In this document: one piece after another, positions 37,007-47,100 of the stretch
Position numbering within the stretch: the stretch's first letter is position 1
Layout: every line of letters begins with the position of its first letter
From: Planctomycetota bacterium
GTDB taxonomy: Bacteria > Planctomycetota > B15-G4 > JADJEK01
DNA length: 64,000 nucleotides
Direction: 5' to 3'
Assembly (NCBI GenBank): GCA_044225365.1
Contig: JBGAIQ010000005.1
Span: 32,001-96,000, forward strand
Made by a program: the position numbers and the translations under genes
Notes under the pieces: model-generated
Databases searched by the model: none
What the model was told of the DNA's origin: nothing
Seen by the model: only the letters and a program-made list of their open reading frames with translations

Positions 37007-37525
37007 ATGCGACGACGCACCCGCGCGCGCGAGCTCGCGCTCCAGTATTTGTTCTGCCTCGAGGGAACGAAACTCGATCCCAAGCCGGATCCCGTGCTCT
37101 TCCTCGACGATCACACGAGCGATGACGACGTGCGCAGCTTCGCGCTCGATATCGTGCGTGGATGCATCGATCAAGGACCCGCGATCGACGAGACGATCCG
37201 CGGCGTCGCGAAACGATGGGACCTCTCGCGGATGGCGGCGACCGATCGCTGCATCATCAAGATCGGCGTCTTCGAGCTGCTCTTTCGCGACGACATCCCG
37301 CCGCAGGTCACGCTCAACGAGGCGATCGAACTCGCGAAACGTTACGGTGCGGAGAAGTCCGGCCCCTTCGTGAACGGCATGCTCGACGCGGTGCGCGAGA
37401 AGACGGGCCGCAAACCGTTCGACAGCCACACGCGCGGTCTCGGCCGCATTCCGGATCCCGAGGGTGAGACGACCGAGGAGCCCGACGAGGGCGGCGAATT
37501 CCCGACTCCGCTGTCGGCGAATTGA
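37007..37525 (+). CDS. nusB: Transcription antitermination factor NusB
   Basis: RRTRARELALQYL, NEAIELAKRYG, FVNGMLD; follows ribH. Confidence 0.95.
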   Translation: MRRRTRARELALQYLFCLEGTKLDPKPDPVLFLDDHTSDDDVRSFALDIVRGCIDQGPAIDETIRGVAKRWDLSRMAATDRCIIKIGVFELLFRDDIPPQVTLNEAIELAKRYGAEKSGPFVNGMLDAVREKTGRKPFDSHTRGLGRIPDPEGETTEEPDEGGEFPTPLSAN

Positions 37526-37573
37526 CGTTGCGTCTTTGCGCATCGTCGCACGGGTGATTGGAATCGAGGAAGC

Positions 37574-38482
37574 ATGTTCGCGAAGCTCGCCGCCTCCCTG
37601 AAGAAAACGCGCGACAAGCTCGTTCTCGGCCTCAAGACCATCCTGTCCATCGGCCGCGACCTGGACGACGCTCTGCTCGACGAACTCGAGGAGACGCTCT
37701 ACGGCGCCGATCTCGGCAAGGCTGCGGGTGAGATCATCGAGAAGGCGCGTAAGGCCTACAAGCTGCGCGACCTCAAGACGACCGACGACGTGTTCGCGTT
37801 CTTGAAGAAGGAGATCCGGGCGCGACTCGGCGATCGCTCCGAGATCCGCGTCGCGGCGACGGCCCCCACCGTGATCCTCGTCGTCGGCGTCAACGGGTCG
37901 GGAAAGACGACGTCGATCGCGAAGCTCGCGCGCCACTTCGTGAAGAATGGCAAGAAGGTGGTCGTCGGCGCGGGCGACACCTTCCGCGCCGCCGCGGTCG
38001 AGCAGCTTCACATCTGGTCCGAGCGCGTCGGCTGCGGATTCATCTCCGGCAAATCGGACACCGATCCCGCCGCCGTCGCCTTCGATGCAGCCGATGCCGC
38101 GGTGAAGCAGAAGGCCGATATCGTGATCATCGATACCGCCGGCCGCCTGCACACGCAGGAGCATCTGATGCGGGAGCTCGAGAAGATCTCGCGCGTGCTG
38201 AGCAAGCGCATTCCCGGGTCGCCGCACGAGACCCTGCTCGTACTCGACGCCACCACCGGCCAGAACGCGATCCAGCAAGCCGCGCGCTTCAAGGCGGCCG
38301 TCCCCGTCACGGGACTCGTGCTCGCCAAGCTCGACGGTTCCGCGAAGGGAGGCGCGGTCGTCTCGATCCGCGATCAGGTGGGCGTCCCGGTGAAGTTCGT
38401 CGGCGTCGGCGAGCAGTTCGACGATCTCGAGGTTTTCGATCCCGAGAGCTTCACCGAGTCGTTGTTCGAAGCAGGACCCTGA
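37574..38482 (+). CDS. ftsY: SRP receptor FtsY
   Basis: GVNGSGKTT, DTFRAAAVEQL, DTAGR, DATTGQN, KLDGSAKGG. Confidence 0.96.
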   Translation: MFAKLAASLKKTRDKLVLGLKTILSIGRDLDDALLDELEETLYGADLGKAAGEIIEKARKAYKLRDLKTTDDVFAFLKKEIRARLGDRSEIRVAATAPTVILVVGVNGSGKTTSIAKLARHFVKNGKKVVVGAGDTFRAAAVEQLHIWSERVGCGFISGKSDTDPAAVAFDAADAAVKQKADIVIIDTAGRLHTQEHLMRELEKISRVLSKRIPGSPHETLLVLDATTGQNAIQQAARFKAAVPVTGLVLAKLDGSAKGGAVVSIRDQVGVPVKFVGVGEQFDDLEVFDPESFTESLFEAGP

Positions 38483-38492
38483 TCGCGTCGCG

Positions 38493-39893
38493 TCACATCG
38501 CGCCGAGGACGATCGTCGAATGGCCCGTCTTCGGCTGTTTGGGATCGAGCAGCGCCTTCACCTTCACCGGCGAATTGCCGCTTTCGAGTCCGCCGATCGC
38601 CACGGTGTAGTCCCCAGGGAGGAACAGCGGCACGCCGAACACGTCGAGTTCTCCGTTCGGCTTCATGAGCGAGTAGTCCGCGAGGTCGAGCGTCGCGCCG
38701 TCGGGGGTGAGCAACGACACGACCGGCAGCAAGGTGCCCTTCTTCAGTTTGATCGTCGCGTCGAGGTGCGCGTCGGGAAGGACGCGGACCTTGAACTCGA
38801 ATCCGGTTGCGGCAGCGGGTAGCTCGATCGTCTTCTGCACGCTGCGCGCCGCTTTGGGCAACTTGCGCGACGTCGCGATCGCAACGGGACCGAAGCCGTG
38901 CGAGAAGTTCGACACTCGCACACGGTGGCGACCCGTCGTTCCGAGCGTGACACTGAATGCGCCGCCCTTGCCGAAATCGACGTCCTTCGCCCACACCACG
39001 AGTCCATCCGGATCGACGACCTCGACTCGCGCATGAACCTCTTGACCTGCAGCATTCACGGCGAGGAAGTGCTGCGTGAACTTCATCCCCACGACGCCGT
39101 CGAACGTCGCATCGAAGACGTCGCCGGCACTCACGGGCACGATCTTGATCTTGTCGCCCGGAGCGAACTTCGGCAGGACGCAGCCGTCGAGCACGAGATG
39201 AAGCCGCTCGTTCCATCGCGCGGCCATCTTCTTCTCGCCGCTCTCGCCGGGATGGAATCCGTCGTAGGTGTCGGTCGTCGCGTCGTAGCCGGTGAATTGA
39301 TCGACGAGCAGGACGCGCGATTCGGGGCGATCGACCGCCGCGACGAGCGCGGGGATCTCCGAGTTGAACGCGAGCAGAGTAGGCGGCACTTGCCCCGACA
39401 GCTCGATCGGAACGATCTGCGCGACGAGGATCTTCAAGTTCGGCCGCGCCGCGCGCAGGTTGAGCAGGATCGACTGGAGATTGAGGAGCGCCGTCGTCAC
39501 CGGCACCGCGTGGTTGATGTCGGTGTTCCCCATGTGGACGAGCGCGACATCGGGGGTGTACGCGCTCGCGAGCCCTTCGATCGCGAGACTCATCTCCGCG
39601 GTCTGCCAGCCCGAGTGGGCTTCGTGGTCCGGATCGAAGTCGGAGTAGAGCGGAGGGCCGCCGAAGACACCTTGCTGACTGCCCACGAAGTCGAACGGGA
39701 TGCCTTCGTCGTGCAGGGTGTGATCGAGCCAGTAGCGCCAGCTCGCATGACCGGTGTTGGTCTCCGTGATCGAATCGCCCACGGGCATGATGCGAACGGG
39801 CGCGCCTGCGCCGGCATTCCCCGTTGGCGCGGGGACGAGGGCCGGACCGAGGCAGACGAGGAGGAGTGCGGCGAGCATGGAACTGCCCCTCAT
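38493..39893 (-). CDS. Secreted SGNH/GDSL hydrolase with C-terminal beta domains
   Basis: IMPVGDSIT, FVGS, HEAHSGW, MGNTD, DGFHP. Confidence 0.85.
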   Translation of the reverse strand: MRGSSMLAALLLVCLGPALVPAPTGNAGAGAPVRIMPVGDSITETNTGHASWRYWLDHTLHDEGIPFDFVGSQQGVFGGPPLYSDFDPDHEAHSGWQTAEMSLAIEGLASAYTPDVALVHMGNTDINHAVPVTTALLNLQSILLNLRAARPNLKILVAQIVPIELSGQVPPTLLAFNSEIPALVAAVDRPESRVLLVDQFTGYDATTDTYDGFHPGESGEKKMAARWNERLHLVLDGCVLPKFAPGDKIKIVPVSAGDVFDATFDGVVGMKFTQHFLAVNAAGQEVHARVEVVDPDGLVVWAKDVDFGKGGAFSVTLGTTGRHRVRVSNFSHGFGPVAIATSRKLPKAARSVQKTIELPAAATGFEFKVRVLPDAHLDATIKLKKGTLLPVVSLLTPDGATLDLADYSLMKPNGELDVFGVPLFLPGDYTVAIGGLESGNSPVKVKALLDPKQPKTGHSTIVLGAM

Positions 39894-40189
39894 CGTTCAT
39901 CATGTTCGCAAGGAATGCAACTCGATCGTCGCTGCATCTTCGACGTGAACTGGATTCTCGCTCGAACCCGGCTCGAATCCGCGTACGATCGACGGTGGAA
40001 ACCGGGCGGCTGCCCAGCGCGTAAGACTCATCTCCCCTTCTTCCCCTTTTCCCGGAGTCACCGCCCGGATCCATTTTCCGCCCCGCCGCGCGCCGGCGTG
40101 GTCCGCGAATCGAAACGAGTCTTCGGCGAGTTCGGCTCAAGTTCGAGGCCTGAACCGTCGAAAGCGGATCCATCTTCGAGGATTCCGCA

Positions 40190-41014
40190 GTGCCCGACTC
40201 ACCTCACCCTTCGACCTTCCTGCATTCGCGCAACGCACGTTCGTTGCCCGTCGGCTGGATCGTCGTGCCCGCGCTCGTCGTCCTCATCGGCTTGCCGAAG
40301 GCGACGACACCGACTCACGTGATCGCGCTCTTCAGTCTCGGCCTCGGCGTCACCTGCGCCCTGCTCCTCGTGCGGACGATCGTGCTGCAGCTTCGCAAGC
40401 CGTACACCAGTGAGCTCGCGGCGCTCGCGAACGAGATCGAACCGCTCCTCGATCGCTCGACAAGATTGCCTCCCGCGGTGAAGTCCCCCCGCGCAACGAC
40501 GCCGCCCATTCGCCGCCGCCTGCCCGCGCGCTCCACGCTCGCCGACCTCCTCGGCCTGCTGCGCGAAGAACACGCGGAGCTCGCGGCCGCTCAGCACGTC
40601 GGGCTCGATTTCCGGATGCACGGCGATCTCGACCACGCTCCACTCGAACTCGAGACGATTCGCTTCGTCCTCGCCCATCTGATCGACAACGCGATCCGGC
40701 ACGGCCACGATGCCGTGACGCCGGGACTCGTGGAACTCCGCGCGAACCCGATCGACGACGGCAAGGCCGTGCGGTTCACGGTCAGCGACGACGGTCATGG
40801 CGTCTCCCCCGCTTCGCGCGCGAGCCTGTTCGGAGAGATGCCCTCGACTCGCCGTCCAGCACCGAGCTTGAAGAAGCCGGGCCTGATGCGGTGTCGCGAG
40901 CTCGCCGAAGCGGTTCAGGGGACGATCGCCTGCGAGCCTCGTACTCCGCGCGGCACTCGATTCGTCTTCGACATCCCGGTGAAGGTCGGGCGGCCGCAAT
41001 TCCTCGTCACGTGA
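40190..41014 (+). CDS. Membrane HATPase_c-domain protein (degenerate histidine kinase)
   Basis: Two hydrophobic segments; LIDNAIRH, VSDDGHGV, GTRFVFDIP; no canonical H-box or G2 box. Confidence 0.7.
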   Translation: MPDSPHPSTFLHSRNARSLPVGWIVVPALVVLIGLPKATTPTHVIALFSLGLGVTCALLLVRTIVLQLRKPYTSELAALANEIEPLLDRSTRLPPAVKSPRATTPPIRRRLPARSTLADLLGLLREEHAELAAAQHVGLDFRMHGDLDHAPLELETIRFVLAHLIDNAIRHGHDAVTPGLVELRANPIDDGKAVRFTVSDDGHGVSPASRASLFGEMPSTRRPAPSLKKPGLMRCRELAEAVQGTIACEPRTPRGTRFVFDIPVKVGRPQFLVT

Positions 41015-41837
41015 CGGGGGCGGCCCTCGAACTCCGCGCGGCGAACTCGATGTGACTCGCCCGACCGAGCAACTCCCGCTCGCTGCCGATCCGTTCCTCG
41101 AGTGCGAGCAAGCGACGCTTCGTTTCGCCGTCGTCGAGCAGCGATCGATTCTTGTGCATGGGGAGCACCGGCCTCCCGATCATGCTGACCACCGACAGGC
41201 CCGCATCGCTCGCCAGTCGTTCGATCTCGGCGGCCTTGAACATCTTGGTCGGGAAGCGCTCGTCCTTGTCCTTCGCGAGCCATTCGCTGCGGCCATCCTT
41301 CATGAATCGCTCCAGGGCCGCGACGTCGCCGCGCTCCAGCATGTGCTCGAGACCCGCGTACCGTTGGTCCACCGAGGCGAGGAACACGCCGCCATCGACG
41401 AGCAGCCGCTTCACGTTGCGAAGCGCGAGCGCGACGTTCGGAACGAACGACAGCACATCGCCGAGTGCGATCACGAGGGAGTAGCGCGCTTCGCCGAGCA
41501 TCGCGGGTAGATCACGATCGTCGAGGCTGGCCCGCACGAATCGACACTCCGCCGTGAGCCCGGCCTCCGCGTAATTCTTGCGCGCCTGTTCGAGCATGCC
41601 CTCGGAGAGGTCGAGGAAGTCGGTCGCGTAACCGCTCTTCGCGAGCTTCACGCCGAAGTGGCCCGGCCCGCATCCGGCATCGAGGACGTTCGCCCGCGCT
41701 TGAATCGGCAGGAAGCGCTTGAGATGTCGCCACGTCAACTCGCGGCAGAACGCGAGGTACGAATCGCCCTCGTGCTGCTCCTCGTAACGGGGAGCCACTC
41801 GATCGTGATAACGTTCGTTGGAACTGCGCCGGGACAT
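41007..41837 (-). CDS. Class I SAM-dependent methyltransferase
   Basis: VLDAGCGPG, DLSEGML; start placed at ATG 41837. Confidence 0.85.
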   Translation of the reverse strand: MSRRSSNERYHDRVAPRYEEQHEGDSYLAFCRELTWRHLKRFLPIQARANVLDAGCGPGHFGVKLAKSGYATDFLDLSEGMLEQARKNYAEAGLTAECRFVRASLDDRDLPAMLGEARYSLVIALGDVLSFVPNVALALRNVKRLLVDGGVFLASVDQRYAGLEHMLERGDVAALERFMKDGRSEWLAKDKDERFPTKMFKAAEIERLASDAGLSVVSMIGRPVLPMHKNRSLLDDGETKRRLLALEERIGSERELLGRASHIEFAARSSRAAPVT

Positions 41838-41940
41838 CACCGAATCGTACGCCCGGTTCGTCGTCCGATCGTCTGTGTTTTTTCGATGACTCGAAGCCCC
41901 AGGAGCGGGCGCGCCGTGCGGCGCTCGTAGACTGCTCGCG

Positions 41941-44127
41941 ATGATACCGTTCCTCCTCGTCCTCCTGGTCCTCGCGGTCGATCCCCATGGGTTCGAGCCG
42001 CCCGCGTTGAAGCGAGCGTTGCTCCTCACCGCGGGGCCGCTGGCGTTGCTGATGCTCCTCCCGACGGGCGGGCTGCGACGGGTCGCCACGACGCCGCTCG
42101 GCTTCGGCCTCTCGGCCCTCGCACTGCTCTTCGCTTGGTCGTGCCTCGGGACGGTGATCGCCGGCGTGCCACTCGCGATCGGCGGAAAGGGCGTCGGCCT
42201 CTTGCTCCTCCTGCTCGCGTTCGCCGCGCTCGCCCGCGAGAACGCCACGAAGAACGCCTTCCGGCTCGGCGACAGCCTGCTCGCGCTCGGGCTCGTCTGC
42301 GCGGTCTACGCGATCCTGCAGCGAATCGGCTTCGATCCGCTCTTCCTCAATCCCGAGAAGAAGTCGGTCGCATTCTTCGGCAACACGAATCGTGCGGCGG
42401 AATTCATCGCACCCCTCGCGCCGCTGGCGCTTGCGTTCCGTACTTCGCGCGGCGGCACACTCGCCGGGCTCGCCACGCTCGCGCTTCCGCTGCTCGTCGC
42501 GGCGACGATCCTCACGAACAGCCGCGCAGGTGCGATCGCCGCGGGAGTGGGCCTGCTCGCCGTTCTCGTGTTCACGTCCGATCCTTTGCGCCGCAAAGTC
42601 GATGTCGCGCTCATCGCGGCCGGCCTGTTGCTTCCGTTGCTGCTCGGTGGAATCGAGAACTACCGCTTCAAGAGCGTCGCCGAGAGCGAAGCGAGCATCG
42701 TCTCCCCCGACTATTCACCGAATCGTCAGCGCGAACTCCTCCTCGAGGCATCGCTGAGGATGAGCAAGGACTCGCCCCTCTTCGGAAAAGGAGCCGGGAA
42801 CTTCCGATACGCGTTCCCTCGGTTTCGCGATCCCGAAGAAGCACGCATGCTCACCCTGGGCGGAGCGCTCTCGTCGGCGGAGGATCCGCACAACGAGTTC
42901 CTCCTGCTCGCGACCGAGTCCGGCATCCCGGCCGCGGCGCTCTTCGTGATCTTCCTGCTCAGCGCATTGCTCTCGGTGCGCACGTCCTCGCTGTGGCCGG
43001 CCGGCCATCCGTTGCGTGCCGCGGCGCCCGGCTACGCGGGGGCGCTGATCGCGCTGTGCGTGATGGCGGCCTTTCGATCGATCCTCGATCATGCCCCGGT
43101 CGCGCTCATGACGGCCGCGCTCGGTGGCAGCTTGCTCGCGTGTCGCGAGATCGATCCAGCATCGCGGCGCTCTGGGCCCCTGCTCGTCGTCCTTCCGATC
43201 TGGCTCGTTGCCATCGCGTTCCTCGGCGTACGTGCTCTCGCGTCCGAGATCTGCCTCGGTCTCGCCGCGCGCGACCTGAGCGCGAGCCGCCTCGTTCCTG
43301 CGATCGACGACCTCTCGAACGCGCGCATGTTCGACGGAACCAATCTCGCCGCAATGCAGCTCGAAGCCACATTGACCGAAGGCGCCGCGCGGCTCGATCC
43401 CAAACGCACCGATGCCGCGATCGCCGCGCGCCGCCGCATCCTCGCCCTCGACCCGAGCCACGTCACCTCGCACTTCCGGCTCGCAGCGCGAATGTACGAA
43501 CGGGGCGATTTCGGCACGGCGCGCTCGCACCTGCGCTACGGCCTCTCCGTGCTGGGTGAGAACCGCAAGGGATGGAGCGAGAAGGGCGTCACCCGACTCC
43601 TCGAACAGAAGGAATTCCGCGCCGCCGCCATCTTCGAGAGACTGCGGCGCGTCGGCGGGGAAGGCACGCTCGGCGAATTGCGGAGCGAGGCCGATACCAA
43701 CGCCAAGTCGCCGCAGCGCGATCGACAGGTCTTCGCCGCGGAACTCCTCGCGCAGTTCCTCGAGTTGCGCCCTGCCGACCCCGACGCGGCATACGATCTC
43801 GCCGAACTCTGCTCCAAACTCGAGGACAAGGCGCGAGCCGACTCGTACTACGAACGATCCCATCTCTGCCGAGCCGCGCAGGCACTGGAGCACAAGGACG
43901 TCGTCCTCGCCAAGCGCTCGCTCGCGAGCGCCCAGCACTATGGAGAGTCGTTCGACCTCTCCGTGCTGCTCTCCCTCGTCGCGCTCCTCGAGAAGGACTC
44001 GCTTCCGCTCGAGAAGCTCGAGCACGAGGCAAGAGGACAGAGGGTGTCGCGTCCGATCCACGAAGCCCTGGCACCTCTCGCCAAGATGCCGGAGTTCGCC
44101 GACGCGCTGAAGCGCATCGGATCCTGA
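41941..44127 (+). CDS. O-antigen ligase (Wzy_C)-family membrane protein with TPR-like tail
   Basis: FFGNTN, TNSRAG, PLFGKGAGNF, DPHNEFLLLATESG. Confidence 0.82.
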   Translation: MIPFLLVLLVLAVDPHGFEPPALKRALLLTAGPLALLMLLPTGGLRRVATTPLGFGLSALALLFAWSCLGTVIAGVPLAIGGKGVGLLLLLLAFAALARENATKNAFRLGDSLLALGLVCAVYAILQRIGFDPLFLNPEKKSVAFFGNTNRAAEFIAPLAPLALAFRTSRGGTLAGLATLALPLLVAATILTNSRAGAIAAGVGLLAVLVFTSDPLRRKVDVALIAAGLLLPLLLGGIENYRFKSVAESEASIVSPDYSPNRQRELLLEASLRMSKDSPLFGKGAGNFRYAFPRFRDPEEARMLTLGGALSSAEDPHNEFLLLATESGIPAAALFVIFLLSALLSVRTSSLWPAGHPLRAAAPGYAGALIALCVMAAFRSILDHAPVALMTAALGGSLLACREIDPASRRSGPLLVVLPIWLVAIAFLGVRALASEICLGLAARDLSASRLVPAIDDLSNARMFDGTNLAAMQLEATLTEGAARLDPKRTDAAIAARRRILALDPSHVTSHFRLAARMYERGDFGTARSHLRYGLSVLGENRKGWSEKGVTRLLEQKEFRAAAIFERLRRVGGEGTLGELRSEADTNAKSPQRDRQVFAAELLAQFLELRPADPDAAYDLAELCSKLEDKARADSYYERSHLCRAAQALEHKDVVLAKRSLASAQHYGESFDLSVLLSLVALLEKDSLPLEKLEHEARGQRVSRPIHEALAPLAKMPEFADALKRIGS

Positions 44128-44137
44128 TCGCGCGCGA

Positions 44138-47100
44138 TCACTCGATGCCGTACTTCGAGATCAGAGTCTGCAGCCAGCGGCGTGTGATGCCGAGGCGCTC
44201 CGCGGCCTTCCCGCGATTGCCCTCGCTTGCCCGAAGGGCGGCGACCACGAGCTCCTTCTCGTAGTTCGCGACGGCATCCTTCAGCGAGGTCTCGCCGGGT
44301 AGCGCCGATTCGCGCACCGGCGCGACGACCGCAGGAAGCGGCGTGCGCCGATAGTCCGGGGGAAGGTCTTGCGCGTCGATGGGATCGTGCGGCGACGTGA
44401 GCACCAGCGCGCGAACGACGGCCTCGAGCTCACGCACGTTGCCGGGGAAGGGTTGGGCCGAGAGATGTGCGAGCGCTGCGTCGGTGAATCCGCGCGGCTT
44501 GTCCCCCGAACGGCGCGCGATCTCGCTCGAGAAGTGCGCGACGAGCAACGGCACGTCGCCGCGCCGATCGCGTAGCGGCGGTACGTCGATCGGAATCACT
44601 CGCAGGCGCCAGTAGAGGTCCTCGCGGAATCGTCCTGCAGCCACCCACTCGACGAGCGGCCGATTCGTCGCCGCAACGAGTCGGAAGTTCACGCGCTGCG
44701 GTTTGTTCGAACCGAGCGGCCAAACCTCGCCGTCCTGCAACACACGCAGGAGCTTCGCTTGCATCGCGAGCGGCATGTCCGCGATCTCGTCGAGGAACAA
44801 CGTGCCTTGATCGGCTGCGACGACGAGTCCCTCGTGATCGCGCGTGGCGCCCGTGAACGATCCCTTGCGGTAGCCGAACAGCTCGGCCTCGACGAGAGTC
44901 TCGGGCAGCGAAGCGCAGTTCACCGCGATGAATCGCTTGCGCCGCCGATAGGACCGATCGTGGAGCGAGCGCGCGATCAACTCCTTGCCCGTGCCGGCTT
45001 CGCCGAGCACCAGGACGGAGGCGTCGGAATCGGCGACGCGTTCAACGAGATCGAGGATGCCGAGCAACCGCGGATCCTGCGTCACCAACGGACTCGCAAC
45101 ACCCTTCGCCTCGAGTTCACGGCGCACTCGATCGAGATCGTCGCGAGCGGTCTCGAGTTCGCGCGTCCTCGCCTTCACGTCGGCGAGCAAGCGTGTGTTC
45201 AGCACCTCGATCTCCCCGCGGAGGCGTGCCCGATCGAGGACGATCGCGGCCTGCTCGGCGAGCGCCTGCGTCACGTTGCGGGCGGAGTCGTCGAAGCGAT
45301 CGATCCGCTCCGGGTCATCGACGTAGATCGCTCCGATCACCTCGCCGCGCGCCTTGAGGGGCGCGCAGAGCACGGAGAGGAGGTCGAGGCGCGAGATGCT
45401 CTGGTACTCCTTGAATCGCTCATCGGTCCGCGCCTCCGAGGTGACGATCGTCTCTCCCGATGCGAGTGTTCGCTCGACGATCGAGCGGGAGAGTTGCATC
45501 GCGGGATCCTCGATGTCCTGTTGCCGCAGATTGCGCGCAGCCTCGAAGCGAAAGCTCGACTCGAAGCGCGTGACGACGAATCCGCGGCTCGCACCGAGCA
45601 AGTCGAGCGCGGTGTCGAGGATTCGGGTGAGGACATCGGCGACGGAGTCGGCCTCGTTGATCCACCGACTCGCTTCCAACACTTGGCGCAACTGACGATT
45701 CTCGCGCAGCAGATCGCGCTCGACGGCGGTGCCCTCGAGGGCCGCATCGAGCGCGGCGACGAGTTCGCGCGCGATCGCGATCCGGAGCCGGTGGCCGCAA
45801 GCAAGCGCATGGCGCTGCGCGGCGCGAGCCGCATCGCGCCCATCTCGGGCGAATTCGAAGGAGCCGTTCGCGAGGTCGAGCCGTACGGCACGCGCGAAGG
45901 CGATGAGCACCGCGGCTTTCGTTGCGTCGTCGCTCGCCGTCTCGAGCGCGGAGAGGAGAGCGCAGCGTGCGGCATCGCGGCGCAGCAGCACCAACGCAGC
46001 CGCGCGGATGCCCGTGGCTTCGGCGAGCGCCTTGCGTCGACCCGCCGCTCGGGCGAGGCGACGCGCGAGGCGGGCGCGGCGGAGCGCACCGATGGGATCG
46101 GAGCGAAAGAGCTGCTGCTCGGCGACGAGTGATTCGGCCGTCGCGCGTTCACCCTGGCCGCCGGCGCGATCGGCGAGGAGGACGGCCCGCCGCGCGACAC
46201 CCCACGCCGTCGCGATCTCCCCGCGATCGCGGGCCGCTTCTGCGATCGCGATCAGCACCGAGAGTCGGGCCGAGGCACGCTCCGGTCCCGCCGAGAGCTG
46301 GAGCGACTCGCGCACGGCCGCCCGGGTCCCGTCGATGTCGCCTAGGGTCGCGCGCGCCCGAATCAGTTCCGCCGCCGAGAGCGCGGCACCGGGATGAGCG
46401 TTCACGAACTTGCGATGCTCGAGGCTCTGCTCGAGACACTTCACGGCCGCTTCAGGATCGCCGAGGAAGAGGCGCGCGGCACCTTCGCCGGCGAGGGCCC
46501 ACCCCAGGCCGCGACGATTCCCGGCTCGCGAGAACAGGATCGTCGCTCGTTGCAATGACTGGAACGCGCGCCGTGCATCCCCCGACTCGAGTCGCGCGAG
46601 ACCGAGTCGAGTGAGGACGTCCGGCAACAATCGTCGGTCGCTCGATCTCTCGAGCAGGTTCACCGCGCGTCGAAGCCGTCGCTCCGCGAGCGCGGCGCGC
46701 CCGGCCTCGAGATCGATCACGGCGAGCGTCGAATCGAAGTGCGCGGCACGCGCGAGGCGGCCGAGGCGACGCGACAATCGGCGCGCTTCGACGAACGCCT
46801 CGTGCGTGCGTCGCACGTCACCGGCCCGATCGGCGAGCGGACCTGCGACCGCGGCGATCTCGAGTCGCGCGGAGAGATCGTCGATTCCTTGGCGCAACGA
46901 CCAGAGGGCGTTCACCTCGTTGCGCGCCTCGGCCGTCTTGCCTGCGGCATTCGCGGCCCAGGCGCGAGCCGCACGCAACCGGAACACGTCGTTCCCGCGC
47001 GCCCGCAAGAGTGCCCGATCGAGCCGGTCGACGGCATCGGTTGCGCGCCCCATCCGCTCGAGCAGTTGCGCGTGCTCGACGGCGAGTTGGAATTGCGTCC

